The notes beneath the pieces were generated by a model. The model was given only the letters and a program-made list of their open reading frames with translations. It was not told the DNA's origin and ran no database searches. DNA of 63,780 bases, the filler included, from Folioceros fuciformis (Eukaryota), in NCBI GenBank assembly GCA_049999805.1. It is 15 parts of 15 records of this genome, joined end to end, with 100 filler letters (N's around TTAATTAATTAA, not from the genome) between each part and the next. Parts side by side here need not be neighbours in the genome. Positions count along the whole stretch, not along the records: positions 60,548 to 61,656 come from JBNGIO010004881.1; positions 61,757 to 63,780 come from JBNGIO010004885.1; 13 more parts are not named here. The stretch is one strand, 5' to 3'. The position numbers and the translations under genes are program-made. This document shows positions 60,548 through 63,780 of this stretch, piece by piece. The first letter of the stretch is position 1. Every line of letters begins with the position of its first letter.

Positions 60548-60900
60548 CCGAAGCCGGGTAGGATCCCAAGCAGTGGCCCACTGACCTAGTTGCAAGATCC
60601 CAAGCAGTGGCCCGGCTGCTGAAGGTAGGCAAGCGTCCCAGCAGCGCGGACAATCGGCAGGCGGCCGGGGCGGATCAAAGCTGGTCGGGACCAGGGCTGG
60701 ATCCGAAGGTTGGCAAGTGGTCCAGCAGCAACCGGATCCAGGCCAGGCGGGTGGCGACATGATCTGGGCAAGCATGCAGGCTCGGTGACCGACTGGCGAA
60801 TTGCGCAGGACATTGGGGAGGATCCAGCCAGGTGGTCGGCAGGGGGCAGGTTGGATCGTGGTGGCTGGCTCCAGTGGAGGCCAAGTCTGGGGCAAGGCGT
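60548..60900. repeat. GC-rich degenerate repeat resembling 1-1841
   Basis: Shared GGATCC/GGCAGGCGG/CAAGTGG motif vocabulary. Confidence 0.5.
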
Positions 60901-61846
60901 TGCGCTACAGGTAGGGCACCCAGGCGGTTTCACCTTTCCCCCTGAACAGTGGGTTGGTTGCCTGATGCTGTTCAATATGTTTGATCCGAGAGTGTGGCCA
61001 GTGGGGAAGCTGGTGAAGAAGTTCCGGGGCTTCTAGCCTCACCCCGGGATTCAGGAGCCAGAAGCAGGGGAGGATTGAGAGGCGGTAGACAGTTGCGATG
61101 GTGACCCAGTTGGAGGTAGTGCTATGTGCATGAGAGGGTAGTGCACGGGAGGGTGTATTGTCGATAGGGGCGATTTCTAGGTACTAGATATAGGCTGAAC
61201 ATGGCAACTGATTTGGTGACCTTCCTGCGGAAGACGGGGGATGCTTATGAGTTGCCAGGTTTGAAGGGGGAAACGTAACACGGATGGTCGGGTGTCAGGG
61301 AAGCAAATGGCGGAATCCTCCCTAGAGCACACATCCCGACCCCCCACTGGCACACGGAGTTGGCTCTATACGATCCAACCCCCTGGTGCTCTCGATTCCA
61401 CCCTAACTCACCTGCCTACGAGAGGAGGTTGAAGGTCAGGGGCCGAGCGCTTCGGGCTAAAGGGGTGGACCGATGGAAACATGGATCATTTCCGTGGAGA
61501 TGCTGAAAGATAAACCAAAACCGTCGAAATAGACTCTCATGTACGGAAGCTGGGGACAGGAGAAACACGAACACCACTGGGCTTTACTGGACTAGTTGCA
61601 TCTCTCCACAGATTGCGGAGCAAAGGTCTGGAAGCTAAGTGCTGCAAATGTGGAAGNNNNNNNNNNNNNNNNNNNNNNNNNNNNNNNNNNNNNNNNNNNN
61701 TTAATTAATTAANNNNNNNNNNNNNNNNNNNNNNNNNNNNNNNNNNNNNNNNNNNNACTAACACCACATGAGTTTAGCTCATATAGAGCTCGATAACTCA
61801 ACATTAGGGCGCGTTCCGGAGCAGGAAGTCTTTCCATAATGGAAAA

Positions 61847-63381
61847 ATGTTTTTAGAAAAATCCCGCAGGTGGATAGGCTGCGGGCAGGGAGGGGAGCTG
61901 GAGAAGTTACGAGCACTGCTAGGGAGGCAGATAACCAAGAGGGGAATGGCCCCTGTGGAGTCGCAGGAGGTGGATCTGCTGGGACTAACCTTAGCTATGG
62001 TGCAGGCACAAGCGGACCTACTGGACTAGGTGGCCAGAGCGCTGACCTGGCTGAGCATGTAGGCTGAGAGGGAAGCTGAGGCCTACAGTAAGGAGGTAGA
62101 GGAAAGAGGAAAGGAGGCCGAAGCCTGGAGACCTCTGGTGGAGTCCGAGATGGCACGGCGGCTCCTGGAAGAGAAGCAGCGGGTCTTGAGTAAAGATAAG
62201 GCACAGGCGGAGGAAGAGGCACGCCAGGCTAAGGCAGAGATCCAGGCGCTGAAGGAGCAACAGGGGTTGCTCCTAGCTCAGGTAAGGGAAGCCCACGAGA
62301 CTAATTTGGAAATGCAACAGGAAATGGCTAAGGCTCAAGAGTAGGAGATGGCTACGATAGAACAAGTCCAGAAGCTAGCTGATAGGTACAAACGAGAGTG
62401 GGATGAGGCCAGGGAGCGAGTAAAAGGGAAGGGCAAGGTTGGGTGGAGTAGCCGGACGGTGACGCCGGTAGGCGATGGGGCTACCAGTAGTCGAGTCCCA
62501 GTACCGGTAGCCGAGCATCACAGCTGGTAGCTGACAGGGCTACCATTAGTTGAATGGCCACACCGGTAGTCGAAGGGGCTACCGGTAGAGTCTCGCGTCA
62601 CCCGAGGTAGCCAAAAGGGCTACCGGTAGAGGAGGGGTGACGCCGGTAGCCGAAGCCACGACCCTGGTAGCCGAAGAAGTAATGGTGGAGGCGCCTGTGC
62701 CCAGGCGTTCCAGGAGGGCGACTCGCACCAGGCGGACTGAGCTGGGGGAAGTAGCAATGATAGGAGGGATGGAGGACTCTCACGTACCCCCGGAGAGCAG
62801 GGGACAGGCAACCCGAGGTAGCTCAAGGGAGGAAGGGGTAAGCACCTCTTTTATGACAGAGGGTCAGGTTGTGCTGCAGTATGAGGAGAAGGCCTCTTAT
62901 GTGTCGGGCCTCTATGTGGAAGGAGCCCGAGTTCTGAAGCTGTTTTTGAATGTACGCATGGGCACAGGAGGGACGCGGGGCTACTGCCTACAACTGAGGA
63001 CCCATAGGGGCCTCTACTACTATCGCTGGCGAGTATGGGGACTGCCTCATTGCTATTCCGAGGTAGTCCTAGAGGAATTGACGGAGGAGGAGGCGCAGCA
63101 GTGGGTTGAGCGGGAGCTTGTCCTCATCCTCAGCAATCGGCAACGGAGGGAGGAGAGGGATTCCCTACGATGAGACCCACCTGCGCCGCCGCCAGCCAGG
63201 ACCAGCAGCAGCAGCAGTGAGGTAGAGGTCCTATGGGAGGACCTTCCTGACTAGCGGCGGGTAGGAGGGCCAGAGGTGGACTAGTTTGGGGAAGAGCGAG
63301 GCGGCCAGGAGGAAGGCGCCAGCGGCAAAGAGAGAGGCGATAGTAATTACAGTCTAGACTAGTTTTTTTTTTTTTTTTTTT
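61847..63381 (+). other. Degenerate coiled-coil ORFs with ACCGGTAG repeats, ending at a 20-nt poly(T); probably TE-derived
   Basis: Stop-interrupted E/Q/R-rich ORFs; T-run at about 63363-63381. Confidence 0.35.
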
Positions 63382-63780
63382 CCTTGGACCTAAGCCGCTC
63401 ACAATTTAAGAGCGCTAACTAACCCCTTACAGACTTTATGGCGGAAGACCGCCACTACCGTGTACAAGAGGCCAGTTTAGGGCCTCGGGAAAATCAGCAA
63501 GAAACCAGCCCAATATTCCAACCTTGTGGAAGCCTAGCTGTGGGGTTAAAATATGGTACCCGGAGGGTACCGCGAGGTCCACACAAGCCCTCTATGTCAT
63601 TGTAGCTCTGGGATTCGATCCCAAGGGAATGATTTGTGTTAAACTACACAGGTTAGCTTCTAAAGTCAATTAGCACTTAAAGCTCGACTGACCCACGCAC
63701 ACACGTCCAGTGCTCGGACCTTACCAAGCCCCCATACTTCCCCACCGGACGACCCCTCAACCACCCGGTCACCCCAAGGG

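Noticed and set aside
2207-61756. Recurring TTAATTAATTAA within N runs, and ORFs ending in XXXLIN
   Set aside because: Artificial contig-concatenation linker; gene neighbourhoods across it are not real.

Overview
This window is not one locus. It is 15 short eukaryotic contigs joined by 14 artificial 100-bp spacers (N44-TTAATTAATTAA-N44), so adjacency across spacers has no biological meaning. The content indicates a non-seed land plant nuclear genome, possibly a hornwort (inferred from PLS-class PPR editing factors with a PGxSWWTD box and short 73-94 nt introns). Most of the window is decayed, nested transposons: several Ty1/copia and Ty3/gypsy elements, an L1-like LINE, a SWIM/MULE fragment and a Sola-like DDD transposase. 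Host genes are three PLS PPR proteins, a secreted GDSL lipase, rpl20, V-ATPase subunit a, an ING-like fragment, an intronless SYP13-like syntaxin and PIG-C. The most unusual items are (i) a 41-bp-periodic array of six 26-bp palindromes with 15-bp variable spacers, bracketed by inverted repeats and abutting the Sola-like transposase, (ii) a PLS-PPR fused to an OSB-type PDF (WWDNR...PDF) motif, (iii) head-to-head WW-type PPRs with eroded deaminase domains, (iv) a gypsy integrase with a PHD finger, and (v) a four-layer retrotransposon nest. All family assignments are from motif recognition by eye; no database searches were run.
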